From: a virus
Taxonomy: Duplodnaviria > Caudoviricetes
IMG/VR virus record: IMGVR_UViG_3300025875_000066
Coordinates: 1 to 37,672 of that record
Direction: 5' to 3' (one strand)
DNA: 37,672 bases
The notes below the pieces were generated by a model. It did no database searches, had not been told where the DNA came from, and saw only the letters and a list, made by a program, of their open reading frames with translations. Positions 9,168-17,532 of the stretch are shown here, in pieces; positions within the stretch are counted from its first letter, which is position 1, and each line of letters begins with the position of its first letter. The position numbers and the translations under genes were made by a program.

Positions 9168-10739
9168 ATGAGTTATAAACTAGAATTCCAACAAAGTCCA
9201 AACTATACGCCGGGTAGCCAGACCCAGTATTTTTATGGCCGTCCACGAACGATAGAGTTCGGAGCTGGCCACTGGTGGGACGACCCTTCTCGTGGCCCGA
9301 GCCACCAAGGAGTAGTTAATACGTTTATGAACCCGGCCCGGCAAGCTTCGGCTCATGCTGTTTTATCAGCTGGCCGAGTAACGGAAATGGTACGCCAAGG
9401 AGATGTTTCTTGGGCCACCAATAACGCTAACCCTTATACGTTCTCTATCGAGGTAGACCCTCGTATTACCGTTGGCGGTGCTCAGGCTGAAGCTGTTATG
9501 GCCACTCTCGCCGAGTATATCGCCGACAAGGGCTTTCATAACCTACAATGGTATCCACATAAAAAATGGTGGTCTACGGCTTGTAACCCTATCGACTGGG
9601 GCGAGGTTATGCGGCGAGCTAAGAAGGTTGTCGCTGATCGTAACAAGCCAAAATATAGCTGGCGTCCTATGCAAGTACCCCGAAAGCTGATCGCTAACGG
9701 CGATATTCGTCCCTTGAATTTGGATAACGGCCAGCGTGTCGGCGACGTTATAAAAAAAGGTACGCCGATCGAGTTCGCTACGGCCACCGAATTTAACGGT
9801 TCTACCTTCCTCCGAAGCAAATACTCGACTGCTAATAACCTTAACTACGGTATCGAAATGACTAGCCTTAAAGAATTGTCGCCTGAATATGTAACGAACG
9901 ATCTTCCTATGGTAGAACCCCGAGTTATGGCCGTCTCGAAAGACGTTCGAAAAGTAGACCTCGCTACCATGAAAGAAATAGAAGTAGTACTTACGAAGGG
10001 AACAGAAATTTCGTTTACTCGTAAAACTAAGGTTGGAAATACCGACTTCCTTCGAACGAAGCATGACGTCGGACTTGGCGACTGGAAGGGTATTCCACTG
10101 GCAAGCCTCGAGGAAGTAGTTCCTGAATGGGCTAAGAACCTCGACGACATTACCGACGTTAAGCTTATGGTTCTCCCGGCCGCTGGTACTCCTATTTACG
10201 AACTCAATAGTGGTAAAGAAATTGGTACTATCGCTAAGGGTACTTGGGTAGATATTGCCAAACAAACGAAGGTAGGCGGCCAGACGTACCTAATCAGTAA
10301 ATATTCTGTCGAAAACGTACTTCCTAACGGTGTAAAAATCGAAGACCTTGGCGTTCCTGTCGAGCCTCCTAAGCTCGAGAAACCAGAATGGCTAGAGAAA
10401 TGGGAAGATATTACCGACGTCGTTATGTACGCTCGAGTAAAGACACCTCTCGTAAACCTTATGGACGGTAGCACTATCAAGGAAATAGAAATAAATACGC
10501 CTATCGAAATAGCTTCGGCTACTACTTGGCATGGCCAGAAGTACTTAATTACGAAGTACTCGACCGATAAAAAAGAGGCCGCCGGTATTCCTCTCGCTAA
10601 CTTGAATATGGAAGAGATTAAAGAACCTGAAACCCCAGCCGAGCCAGTACCCGACAAGTCCACCGAGGAGCTCATTAAAGAAAATAATAGTATACTGAAA
10701 ATGATACTTGAACATTTCGGTATTAAAAGTAAGGAGTAA
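9168..10739 (+). CDS. Endolysin: N-acetylmuramoyl-L-alanine amidase (Amidase_2-type) plus four ~80-aa repeats
   Basis: HWW...ASAH...SIE...H...TAC zinc-amidase pattern; four KGT/NT...(F/Y)L..K...G(I/V)...L repeats. Confidence 0.88.
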   Translation: MSYKLEFQQSPNYTPGSQTQYFYGRPRTIEFGAGHWWDDPSRGPSHQGVVNTFMNPARQASAHAVLSAGRVTEMVRQGDVSWATNNANPYTFSIEVDPRITVGGAQAEAVMATLAEYIADKGFHNLQWYPHKKWWSTACNPIDWGEVMRRAKKVVADRNKPKYSWRPMQVPRKLIANGDIRPLNLDNGQRVGDVIKKGTPIEFATATEFNGSTFLRSKYSTANNLNYGIEMTSLKELSPEYVTNDLPMVEPRVMAVSKDVRKVDLATMKEIEVVLTKGTEISFTRKTKVGNTDFLRTKHDVGLGDWKGIPLASLEEVVPEWAKNLDDITDVKLMVLPAAGTPIYELNSGKEIGTIAKGTWVDIAKQTKVGGQTYLISKYSVENVLPNGVKIEDLGVPVEPPKLEKPEWLEKWEDITDVVMYARVKTPLVNLMDGSTIKEIEINTPIEIASATTWHGQKYLITKYSTDKKEAAGIPLANLNMEEIKEPETPAEPVPDKSTEELIKENNSILKMILEHFGIKSKE

Positions 10740-10744
10740 AGATC

Positions 10745-11095
10745 ATGGAACTATTAGCATTAAGAGCAGTATTAGAACCCTTCGTGGCGGTTTTCGCGGC
10801 TATCATACTTTCGGGTACGGCCGTCGTAATTGCTACCCAAATAATGAAGCTGAAGGTTATTCCGCTTCCAGTTCAGAAGTACCCTCGGCTAACGGCCGCT
10901 ATTGCTTCTGGTATCGCCGCTCTCGTCTCGCTGTATAACTCCAGCGTGAACTTCGTCGTCGATAGCGTTTGGGGCTGGCTGGCCCTAGCTGTTGGAACGT
11001 GGATAGTCTCAGCGATCGTATACAATCAGATCGTTAAAGGCTCTCCAGTACTCGAGGTCAATTCGACAAAGCCACCCGAAGGCTCTAAACTATAA
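10745..11095 (+). CDS. Holin-like multi-TM protein (116 aa)
   Basis: Three to four hydrophobic segments; follows the endolysin; AAGGAG SD. Confidence 0.75.
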   Translation: MELLALRAVLEPFVAVFAAIILSGTAVVIATQIMKLKVIPLPVQKYPRLTAAIASGIAALVSLYNSSVNFVVDSVWGWLALAVGTWIVSAIVYNQIVKGSPVLEVNSTKPPEGSKL

Positions 11096-11119
11096 ACGTG
11101 AGATTGAGTTTATAGCCCG

Positions 11120-11148
11120 AAAAGTCGCTGTAAACCAGCGGCTTTTTT
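11120..11148 (+). terminator. Intrinsic terminator ending the late arm
   Basis: AAAAGTCGCTG-taaac-CAGCGGCTTTTTT. Confidence 0.8.
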
Positions 11149-11162
11149 GGTACTATGAAGAC

Positions 11163-11264
11163 TGTCCCTCGTGGACGTTTCCCAGATACTAGAGTTCAGG
11201 AGTTCAGAACTGTAGTAGCAAGTATGGAAAAACAATACCCCTCGTACTTGGCGAGGGGGTTTTT
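11163..11264 (+). ncRNA. Candidate structured small RNA
   Basis: TGGTACTAT extended -10 at 11148-11156; hairpins GTCC/GGAC and TACTAGAGTTC/GAACTGTAGTA; ends at a terminator. Confidence 0.35.
11237..11264 (+). terminator. Intrinsic terminator
   Basis: CCCCTCG-loop-CGAGGGG followed by a T-run. Confidence 0.7.
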
Positions 11265-11278
11265 CTATGTTATAGCTA

Positions 11279-11307
11279 TTGACTTTTGTTCGGTTCTGTG
11301 CTAATAT
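11279..11307 (+). promoter_or_regulatory. Sigma70 promoter TTGACT-17-TAATAT with a TTTGTTCGG box in the spacer
   Basis: Consensus spacing; TG extension; ATG 7 nt downstream. Confidence 0.7.
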
Positions 11308-11314
11308 ACTAAGT

Positions 11315-11500
11315 ATGGAAACAACAAAACAAACAATCATTTTCAAAGTAACGTATTACAATCAGGGTAAATTAAATATTAAGAAGACAATCGTTAGCCA
11401 TGCTGGTTTTTACTGGAAGACTATAGCCGTTCCTTATCTATCAGAGCTCGGCGATAAGATCGACTACTTCTTTCGTTACAATAAGTGGCCCTCTAATTAG
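11315..11500 (+). CDS. Small hypothetical protein (61 aa), probably leaderless
   Basis: ATG at 11315 right after the promoter. Confidence 0.6.
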   Translation: METTKQTIIFKVTYYNQGKLNIKKTIVSHAGFYWKTIAVPYLSELGDKIDYFFRYNKWPSN

Positions 11501-12209
11501 ACGGTGGGAACTGGCTCAGTCCGTGTTTCTTGAAACAGCCGGGGTTCTGAGTAGCCAAGCCACCGCTAGCGGCGTTCGTATTCTTGATTATAGTAGCGTC
11601 CTGAACGGCCGGAGGAGCTAGGTCGGCTCGAGCGTAGCCAGTATTCCAGTAATTCCAAGTAGGAATAGTAAACTGATACGCTCCATAAAAGCCGTTACCA
11701 GTGTTTATAGAATAGTTACCGCCGCTCTCGCATTGTCTGAGTACTCGTAGCCATTCAGCAAGTGAGCCACTATACCCCGAATTCGTAGAGTATTGGGGGC
11801 TAGGAGCGACGCTAGCGGCTTTACGGTCTAGTTCAGCCTGTCGAGCTATTTCGGCTTGTCTGGCGGCCTCCTGAGCGGCTTTCTCGGCGGCTACACGCTC
11901 AGCTTCAATACGAGCGGCCTCAGCCTTCGCCTTCTCTTCGGCTATTCTTTTTTCTTCAGCGATACGCTTAGCTTCGGCCCGGGCCTTGGCTTCGTCTCTA
12001 TTCATTTGATCGACGAGCTTCTGAGCGTCAGTAGAAACTTTACCGAGATTACGTCCAGCTATAGCCTCGATTAGAGACTTATCTATTTTCGGACTATCGG
12101 AAGAGTTGGAGGAATTCAGAGCTAATACTGGTAGGGTAAATACTACGAGCGATACGGCCAACGTCAGAAGAGACGCCCGGAGTAAGTCTAACTTTCGTAA
12201 AATATGCAA
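11493..12209 (-). CDS. Secreted resuscitation-promoting-factor (Rpf)-like lytic transglycosylase with coiled-coil stalk (~238 aa; probable TTG start at 12209)
   Basis: CESGGNYSINTGNGFYGAYQF...W...ADLA...Q Rpf signature; signal-peptide-like N-terminus; TGGTATAAT at 12236-12228. Confidence 0.88.
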   Translation of the reverse strand: MHILRKLDLLRASLLTLAVSLVVFTLPVLALNSSNSSDSPKIDKSLIEAIAGRNLGKVSTDAQKLVDQMNRDEAKARAEAKRIAEEKRIAEEKAKAEAARIEAERVAAEKAAQEAARQAEIARQAELDRKAASVAPSPQYSTNSGYSGSLAEWLRVLRQCESGGNYSINTGNGFYGAYQFTIPTWNYWNTGYARADLAPPAVQDATIIKNTNAASGGLATQNPGCFKKHGLSQFPPSN

Positions 12210-12247
12210 TTTCTCATTTACTAATTTATTATACCACGAGCTTTTTT

Positions 12248-12574
12248 CTAGCTGTCTAGGTTGTGATGATACTTCCGCATATATTCTATTTCGCCTGTTT
12301 GGTAATAGTGCTGGCATTTGTTTTGTAGCTTGGCCCAGTGTCCGGGGTCGCTGAGTACTTTCACGCCTTCGCACTCTCGAATATTGGACTGATCTATACT
12401 CTGGTCGATAGCCGTAACGAGGAGGAAGTACGCTCCCAGAAACCCGAGGACGGCGACGACCGCCCCGGCTAAAAAAGTTTTAATCGTACCTATGATTACT
12501 TTCTTGGCTATAGCCTTCTCTCGTTCATGTTGGCGGCGGCGAATACTTTCGTTTGAGTAATATCCTAATTGCAT
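12248..12574 (-). CDS. Membrane protein (108 aa)
   Basis: Single TM helix; GGAGA SD. Confidence 0.75.
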   Translation of the reverse strand: MQLGYYSNESIRRRQHEREKAIAKKVIIGTIKTFLAGAVVAVLGFLGAYFLLVTAIDQSIDQSNIRECEGVKVLSDPGHWAKLQNKCQHYYQTGEIEYMRKYHHNLDS

Positions 12575-12587
12575 TTTTTTGTTCTCC

Positions 12588-12610
12588 AGCCCGGCCAGTT
12601 TCGCCGGGCT
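12588..12610. other. GC-rich stem-loop abutting the RBS of ORF 12574
   Basis: AGCCCGGC-cagtttc-GCCGGGCT. Confidence 0.6.
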
Positions 12611-12623
12611 CTTAGTATTTATT

Positions 12624-12860
12624 TTATTTGTTCATTTCTTGCTGGAACATTCGACCGAGCTTAGCGTAACAGCTAGTACTATGTCGATAGCCCCGGAGGT
12701 CGTCGTAACGCCAGCCTGTAGGACTATTGGCGTCTCGCTCGATAACGTAATAAAGATTGTCTTCCGGGTTTCGCCAAACGAGGCGGCGAGGTATCTTAAC
12801 CGAGAATGATTTCTTGGCCAGCTCCTCGAGCTTGTTAGAGGTTGGTTTTGCGTCAGACAT
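12624..12860 (-). CDS. Hypothetical protein (78 aa)
   Basis: AAAGGA SD; first gene after the promoter. Confidence 0.75.
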   Translation of the reverse strand: MSDAKPTSNKLEELAKKSFSVKIPRRLVWRNPEDNLYYVIERDANSPTGWRYDDLRGYRHSTSCYAKLGRMFQQEMNK

Positions 12861-12893
12861 ATAGCGTCCTTTCGTTTAGTTGGTTGTACTCTT

Positions 12894-12937
12894 AATTTAC
12901 CGCTTCCGCTTTATTAAGTCAAGGGTTTTTTGTTCGG
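12894..12937 (-). promoter_or_regulatory. Leftward promoter CCGAACAAA...TTGACT-17-TAAATT with CGGAAGCGG
   Basis: Exact 17-bp spacer; shared boxes. Confidence 0.8.
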
Positions 12938-13390
12938 ATTTTTCCACACCCCAAGCCGCTCCATTTTGTCCTGATATTGCTCGACGGTAAGCGAACCCTT
13001 CTCCCTATTACAGAGGCCATGACTTTCTCGTAAGTTCGAGAGCTCGTATTTTAAGTGGCGAAATTCAGCCCGGCCCTTCGGCTTTTCGTGGTCAAGCTCT
13101 ACTTCATTTTTAAACATGGGTACGCCCGGGAGGAGACAGGGAACGATCTTACAATAATAATATCCAGCGTGGTCGGGTGGGTGTAGCCTGAACCATTCTC
13201 GGCGAGTGGCTAACCATTTATAATCTGGTTTCGACCTAATAGCTGTACGTTTGAGCGGTTTATAATCTCGTTTAGCGGCCGAAACAGGAATATAGTTTTT
13301 CTTATTCTTGTTTTTGGGGTTTTCTCTACACTGAAACGACTGGTGGTAAATGCTCTCGCAATATTTACAAGGCTTCGACTTGATCGTCAT
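12914..13390 (-). CDS. HNH endonuclease with N-terminal zinc knuckle
   Basis: LDHEKP...NLRESHGLCNREKG. Confidence 0.85.
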   Translation of the reverse strand: MTIKSKPCKYCESIYHQSFQCRENPKNKNKKNYIPVSAAKRDYKPLKRTAIRSKPDYKWLATRREWFRLHPPDHAGYYYCKIVPCLLPGVPMFKNEVELDHEKPKGRAEFRHLKYELSNLRESHGLCNREKGSLTVEQYQDKMERLGVWKNPNKKPLT

Positions 13391-13393
13391 AAA

Positions 13394-13669
13394 CTAAACG
13401 ATCTCTTCGAGCTCGCTCAGAGGAACGAGGTATAGTTTAACGCCGCCCTTCACTACCTGAACTTTATGGTCGGGGTTTTTAATATCAGCTCCGCTTATGT
13501 AGTAGGGGTTAGGGAAGCTTTTCGTTCCGTCTTTACGAGTGTAGAGAATAACGATTTTGTTATGGGCTCTAATTCGGAAGTCAGCGATACCGACGTAACG
13601 CTGACCTCCATTCCAGATAGGAAACCTAATCTCGATTAGGGCCATTGGAGTAAGTGGGCCGGGTATCAT
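13394..13669 (-). CDS. Hypothetical protein (91 aa)
   Basis: Coupled ORF. Confidence 0.75.
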   Translation of the reverse strand: MIPGPLTPMALIEIRFPIWNGGQRYVGIADFRIRAHNKIVILYTRKDGTKSFPNPYYISGADIKNPDHKVQVVKGGVKLYLVPLSELEEIV

Positions 13670-13812
13670 TATCTATACTCCGAACTTACTGGCTTATCGG
13701 TAACTGAACACCTGAGACGATCGTAACTTTCGTCGTAGTACGTCGGCTCGAGGTGCTCGGGGCATATAGAGCCCCACCAGACCTTAATTTTCTGAACTAT
13801 GGTTAGCTTCAT
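13669..13812 (-). CDS. Small hypothetical protein (47 aa, MKLTIVQKIKVWWGSICPEH...), not in the ORF track
   Basis: Fills the gap; TAATG overlap with the next gene. Confidence 0.6.
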   Translation of the reverse strand: MKLTIVQKIKVWWGSICPEHLEPTYYDESYDRLRCSVTDKPVSSEYR

Positions 13813-14140
13813 GCTTCGCCTTTTCTATACGCTGAGCGGCCTTCTGGAGCTCCTCATATGAGCCGTAAAGTATCAGTTGCTCTACGACGGTTACTAATAT
13901 TTCCGGGGCTTTCTGTTTAGCTAGATTGTCGGCGGCGTCTTTCGAAGCACTCTCGAGCTCAGCCTTGGCCTCCTCGAGCGTCCATTCGCCAGTTTCTACG
14001 CCCTTCATTACCTTAGCGTGATACGCCATAGCCTGACGCTCCCAAATAGTAAATTTGAGAGCTGGATTATTACGGTTAATATTTCGGTTCTTTTTGAGCC
14101 GGGCCGCCCGGCGTTTCTTTTTAGCGTCTCGATCAGCCAT
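13784..14140 (-). CDS. Hypothetical protein with basic N-terminus (118 aa)
   Basis: AAGGGAG SD. Confidence 0.75.
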   Translation of the reverse strand: MADRDAKKKRRAARLKKNRNINRNNPALKFTIWERQAMAYHAKVMKGVETGEWTLEEAKAELESASKDAADNLAKQKAPEILVTVVEQLILYGSYEELQKAAQRIEKAKHEANHSSEN

Positions 14141-14144
14141 AGAA

Positions 14145-14777
14145 TTACTCCCTTATCGGCATTATTACGGCCGTTAATTCTTCCTCTTCGATACCTTCGA
14201 AAGCTTGCATAACTACAGGCTGGAGACCGTCGGGGCTCTCTCGGAAGTGAACCTTTACGAATACTCGAGCGTCTCCGCTCCGAAGTTGCTCGACAATCTG
14301 TTTCAGAATTTTAGCGTCGAGAGTACAAATACGCTCTGGCAATTCCTTATTAGCGAAGCTTTCCATAGCGGTCTCGAAGTCTGAAAATAGATCGAGCTGT
14401 TCTACGAAAGGGAATACTCCACGAACTACGGTTATTTCTTCCTCGGTGGTCTCGTCGATACTGACAGAACGAACAGTAATTTTACCGTCGCTGAAGTAAG
14501 CCCGGTCGCCTTTTTTCATAGTCTTTTCGGCGGCTTCCATGACGCCCCGGGGGATAGCCATTTTATGCTGTTTGGCGTCGAGCTCGCTCGTGATATTACG
14601 CTTAATTAGCTGGTAGCCGTCGCTTGCTACGAGGGTGGTAATATAAACGCCTAGCTTTTCGTCCTTGCGACTTTTGAACATGATACGGTTAGTCGATCGT
14701 TCTGGATAGTCCTTATCGGGCTTAGCGGCCGATTTCCACGCTTTCATCTGGTCTTTAGTGGCTGAAGCGTATTGCAT
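14145..14777 (-). CDS. DNA sliding-clamp (beta) fold-like protein (210 aa)
   Basis: LVASDGYQL resembles the clamp VATDGHRL motif; C-terminal AVIMPIR resembles clamp xxMP(V/I)R. Confidence 0.6.
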   Translation of the reverse strand: MQYASATKDQMKAWKSAAKPDKDYPERSTNRIMFKSRKDEKLGVYITTLVASDGYQLIKRNITSELDAKQHKMAIPRGVMEAAEKTMKKGDRAYFSDGKITVRSVSIDETTEEEITVVRGVFPFVEQLDLFSDFETAMESFANKELPERICTLDAKILKQIVEQLRSGDARVFVKVHFRESPDGLQPVVMQAFEGIEEEELTAVIMPIRE

Positions 14778-14779
14778 TA

Positions 14780-15067
14780 CTAAGCCTCCTTCTCTGGGCC
14801 TTCTGGAGCTGTTTCCCGGCGAGCGGCTATAAGTTTATGTTCCATAAAGTCGAGGTCGATTACAGCTCGAGGAAATGCTTCAGCTTCGCTAGTGAACCCG
14901 AACGTAAAGCCGAGAAGCCCTAGATCGCCGTTCTCGATACCGTCGGCCAGACGCCTAAGAATATCCATAACTTTAACTGGGTCTTGTTCCTGAGCCAGTA
15001 GGCCGTAGTCTTGATAAATACTATCGAGTACGCTTTTTTCTTCGGTTGTTTTCTGATCTTTAGCCAT
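14780..15067 (-). CDS. Hypothetical protein (95 aa)
   Basis: AAGGAG SD; coupled. Confidence 0.75.
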   Translation of the reverse strand: MAKDQKTTEEKSVLDSIYQDYGLLAQEQDPVKVMDILRRLADGIENGDLGLLGFTFGFTSEAEAFPRAVIDLDFMEHKLIAARRETAPEGPEKEA

Positions 15068-15068
15068 G

Positions 15069-15263
15069 CTATTTTTTCTCCTTAGTTGGTTTACGCTTAC
15101 TTACTTTACCGCCCTTCGCTCCGGCCTTCGCCGCTAGCTCCGGGTTATTCTTGAAATTGGTCGGACTTTTTTGGCCGCCGACCGAGCCACCCTTACGAGC
15201 CGCTTCGAGCGTCCGGGGGTCGCCCTTAGTAAATCGGCCTTTATTTAATTTAGTTTCTGTCAT
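15069..15263 (-). CDS. KGG-repeat general-stress-like protein (64 aa)
   Basis: EAARKGG...NFKNNPELAAKAGAKGG. Confidence 0.75.
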   Translation of the reverse strand: MTETKLNKGRFTKGDPRTLEAARKGGSVGGQKSPTNFKNNPELAAKAGAKGGKVSKRKPTKEKK

Positions 15264-15456
15264 TAAAGAGAAACCTCCCTATTACTGGTAATTTATGAAC
15301 GAGGTCTTTCACTCTTTCGGAGACTATAAACACCGCTTCGCCGACGCTATTGTAATGCTCGTTTTGCATGAGGTTATAAAACTCCTCAGTACCGGGCTCT
15401 TTACGATTTTTCCAGTAAAGGAATTTCAGTCGCTTGTCGGTGTTTATATATCTCAT
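15250..15456 (-). CDS. Hypothetical protein (68 aa)
   Basis: Coupled ORF. Confidence 0.7.
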   Translation of the reverse strand: MRYINTDKRLKFLYWKNRKEPGTEEFYNLMQNEHYNSVGEAVFIVSERVKDLVHKLPVIGRFLFNDRN

Positions 15457-15457
15457 A

Positions 15458-16168
15458 TTAACCTCGAGCCGAAAGGCTATCCACTAGCTCGACTTTTACG
15501 CCGGGTATTTGCTGAATGTTCGGGTGTCCGGCCTGAATGAGTGTATCGAGTTGCTTAGCCGCCTTCTGAATAGCTGGCCAAGGCTTAAAGTCCATAAACT
15601 CTTCGACCGTTCCGGGCCGTAGGTATTCGACTGGGATAGCTTTAAGATCGACAATAGTAACCTGTTGGACTTTCTTAAAGGTAGTCGAGCCACCGCTAGC
15701 GGTCTGAGTGGTTTTCTTGACGGTAGGAATTTCGCTAATTTGATTTATAGCTGTCTCTTCAGTGATACGGCCTCGGCCTTCCTTCTCTGAACGAGCTAGA
15801 ATTTTAGCTTGTTTTTCCTCGTCCTCTTTATCGAACTTACGCTTGGCGTCGATCATTTTCTTTTTGATTACGTCGGAAGCTTCGTCGAGAACCTTCAGGG
15901 CTGGCTTAAATAAGCCGTCCACTTTACGACCAGCCTCGAGAATTGGAGCTTTCATATCTACACGCTCGTCTTCGAGAAGCTTGTACTGTTTCTTGATACG
16001 AGTAAGGGCGTCGGCCGCTGGGCCAGCGAGGTCTTCTCGAGTTTTTACTACCATAGCGTTAGCGTTCGCTACGATCTGTTCAGAACCAGCCAGTAGAGCT
16101 TCGCTCAGTTTTGGCGGCTGAATGACTATTGGCTTTTCGGCCACTTCGTTAGTTTGTTCTTTTGCCAT
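15458..16168 (-). CDS. Coiled-coil protein, Gp157/Gam-like (236 aa)
   Basis: Long helix followed by IVDLKAIPVEYL...IPGV. Confidence 0.5.
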   Translation of the reverse strand: MAKEQTNEVAEKPIVIQPPKLSEALLAGSEQIVANANAMVVKTREDLAGPAADALTRIKKQYKLLEDERVDMKAPILEAGRKVDGLFKPALKVLDEASDVIKKKMIDAKRKFDKEDEEKQAKILARSEKEGRGRITEETAINQISEIPTVKKTTQTASGGSTTFKKVQQVTIVDLKAIPVEYLRPGTVEEFMDFKPWPAIQKAAKQLDTLIQAGHPNIQQIPGVKVELVDSLSARG

Positions 16169-16172
16169 AGGT

Positions 16173-16236
16173 GTTAGGTCTCCTTTTTAACGTTTTATGG
16201 TACTTCTATTTTACCGCTTCCGTTTATATATTGCAA
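16173..16236 (-). promoter_or_regulatory. Leftward promoter TTGCAA-17-TAAAAT with CGGAAGCGG, plus AAAGGAGACCTAAC RBS box
   Basis: Exact spacing; shared boxes. Confidence 0.8.
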
Positions 16237-16352
16237 GTGTTTGTTTGGTATTTTGTTTGGAAATTTGCTCGGGTGTTATATACTTAGTTCATAAGCAGTT
16301 TGGCGTCCAAGCTCTTTCGCACCTTATACCCCCTATTCTAACTTATGTTAGG

Positions 16353-16418
16353 AAAATAGATCGCCGCTACGAAGTTTCTACCCTCCACTTAGTAGCATAT
16401 AAAGGCGGTCTATTTTTT
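16353..16418. terminator. Long imperfect hairpin (bidirectional terminator or sRNA)
   Basis: AAAATAGATCGCC/GGCGGTCTATTTT outer stem; GCTAC-AAGT/ACTT-GTAGC inner stem. Confidence 0.55.
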
Positions 16419-17094
16419 ATGGCCGCCTATATTCCGGGGTATTATCGTTCCGGCGTTGCATATATTGAGCCTGTTTTTCGTAACTAAGTTGTGAACGAGC
16501 GGCGTCATGGTATCGGCCAATAGACTTTTTCCAAGCCATAACCGTATCGAAAATATGCTTACATTTATCTATTCCCTTATCCAGATCGCCGACGGCTATC
16601 TTAGCTTCCATTCGAGCGGTCTCGTTGGTCTCGCCCTTTTTACGCTTCCACTTCAGATATTCCTCGGCGAAACGAAGCTCTCGCTGGGTCTTCAGATCAG
16701 AAAGCCATAGTTGCTGATTAGCGAGCCACGCTCCTAAGCGATCGTAGTACGCCGAGAGGTGGTCGAGTACGTCTATAATTCCTTCCGGGTTCAGCTTAGC
16801 GAAGGCGTTCGGGTCTTCTGGGTCTCGGAGTTTTTCTCGAACGTAGCGTTGCTGGGCGACGATCTCGTTACCGAAAGCTAAATGTTCCTCGCTTCGGTAG
16901 GGTTTTTCGTCCTGAATTTCCCCAGTATCGGAGTTAGTAAATTGTACGGTTTGGCCTCGGTCGGTTTGTTCCCCGGCTATCCAGATACATTTCTTACAAG
17001 TTACCTCGTTTTGATTATCAGTAAGCGAAGGCTTCTTAGATTTTTGGCCGCATAATTGGCCACCGAACCGCCCCTTTTTGTGAGTTACAGCCAT
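16417..17094 (-). CDS. Hypothetical protein: N-terminal Cys motif plus long coiled coil (225 aa)
   Basis: LCG...VTCKKC; helical C-terminus. Confidence 0.75.
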   Translation of the reverse strand: MAVTHKKGRFGGQLCGQKSKKPSLTDNQNEVTCKKCIWIAGEQTDRGQTVQFTNSDTGEIQDEKPYRSEEHLAFGNEIVAQQRYVREKLRDPEDPNAFAKLNPEGIIDVLDHLSAYYDRLGAWLANQQLWLSDLKTQRELRFAEEYLKWKRKKGETNETARMEAKIAVGDLDKGIDKCKHIFDTVMAWKKSIGRYHDAARSQLSYEKQAQYMQRRNDNTPEYRRP

Positions 17095-17095
17095 A

Positions 17096-17314
17096 CTATT
17101 CTTCCTCCTCTGGAGGGTTAAATTTTTGCATACCGATAACCCAGTCGGCTACTTGCTCGGTCGTCATGCCTATATTCCTAAAATTATATATGGCTTTCAG
17201 CATTTCCCGGCTGTTTTTATCGGCCAGAAACACCTTAACGAGCACTTCAGAAAAATAGGCTTTTAGGTCGGGCTCTTGCTCGACCATTTTCTTAAAGTCT
17301 ATATCTTCGTACAT
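17096..17314 (-). CDS. Hypothetical protein (72 aa)
   Basis: TAATG coupling. Confidence 0.7.
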   Translation of the reverse strand: MYEDIDFKKMVEQEPDLKAYFSEVLVKVFLADKNSREMLKAIYNFRNIGMTTEQVADWVIGMQKFNPPEEEE

Positions 17315-17532
17315 TACTTTATTTTCTCCAGCATACCGTCTACGATTGGCTGAAGCGTAAGAGCCATGTCTTCGCCGGGTACTCCTGTAGCGGTTTCGAT
17401 ACTTTCAGCGGCGTGTTCGCCTAAAACCTTCCAAGCGGCCGGGGTCATAGTAACGCCGTCGGCTGACAGCTTAGCGAATAACACTACGGCGACGTCCATT
17501 CCGAGGCTAATTAGTTCCTGTTTTTGTTGCAT
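17314..17532 (-). CDS. Hypothetical protein (72 aa)
   Basis: AAGGAG SD. Confidence 0.72.
   Translation of the reverse strand: MQQKQELISLGMDVAVVLFAKLSADGVTMTPAAWKVLGEHAAESIETATGVPGEDMALTLQPIVDGMLEKIK

Noticed and set aside
9472-10675. Long antisense or alternate-frame ORFs in the track (e.g. 9543-10265, 30617-31120, 16197-16487)
   Set aside because: Shadows of well-supported genes or regulatory regions, with no SD or recognisable motifs
11150-11230. Hammerhead ribozyme on the minus strand (GAAAC-GTCC/GGAC-GTC)
   Set aside because: No CUGANGA core and no convincing stems I and II
11155-11304. 49-aa ORF MKTVPRGRF...
   Set aside because: No SD; runs through a terminator and the next promoter
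12210-12374. N-terminal extension of the Rpf ORF in the track
   Set aside because: Overlaps the upstream gene by more than 120 nt; the promoter and signal peptide indicate a start near 12209
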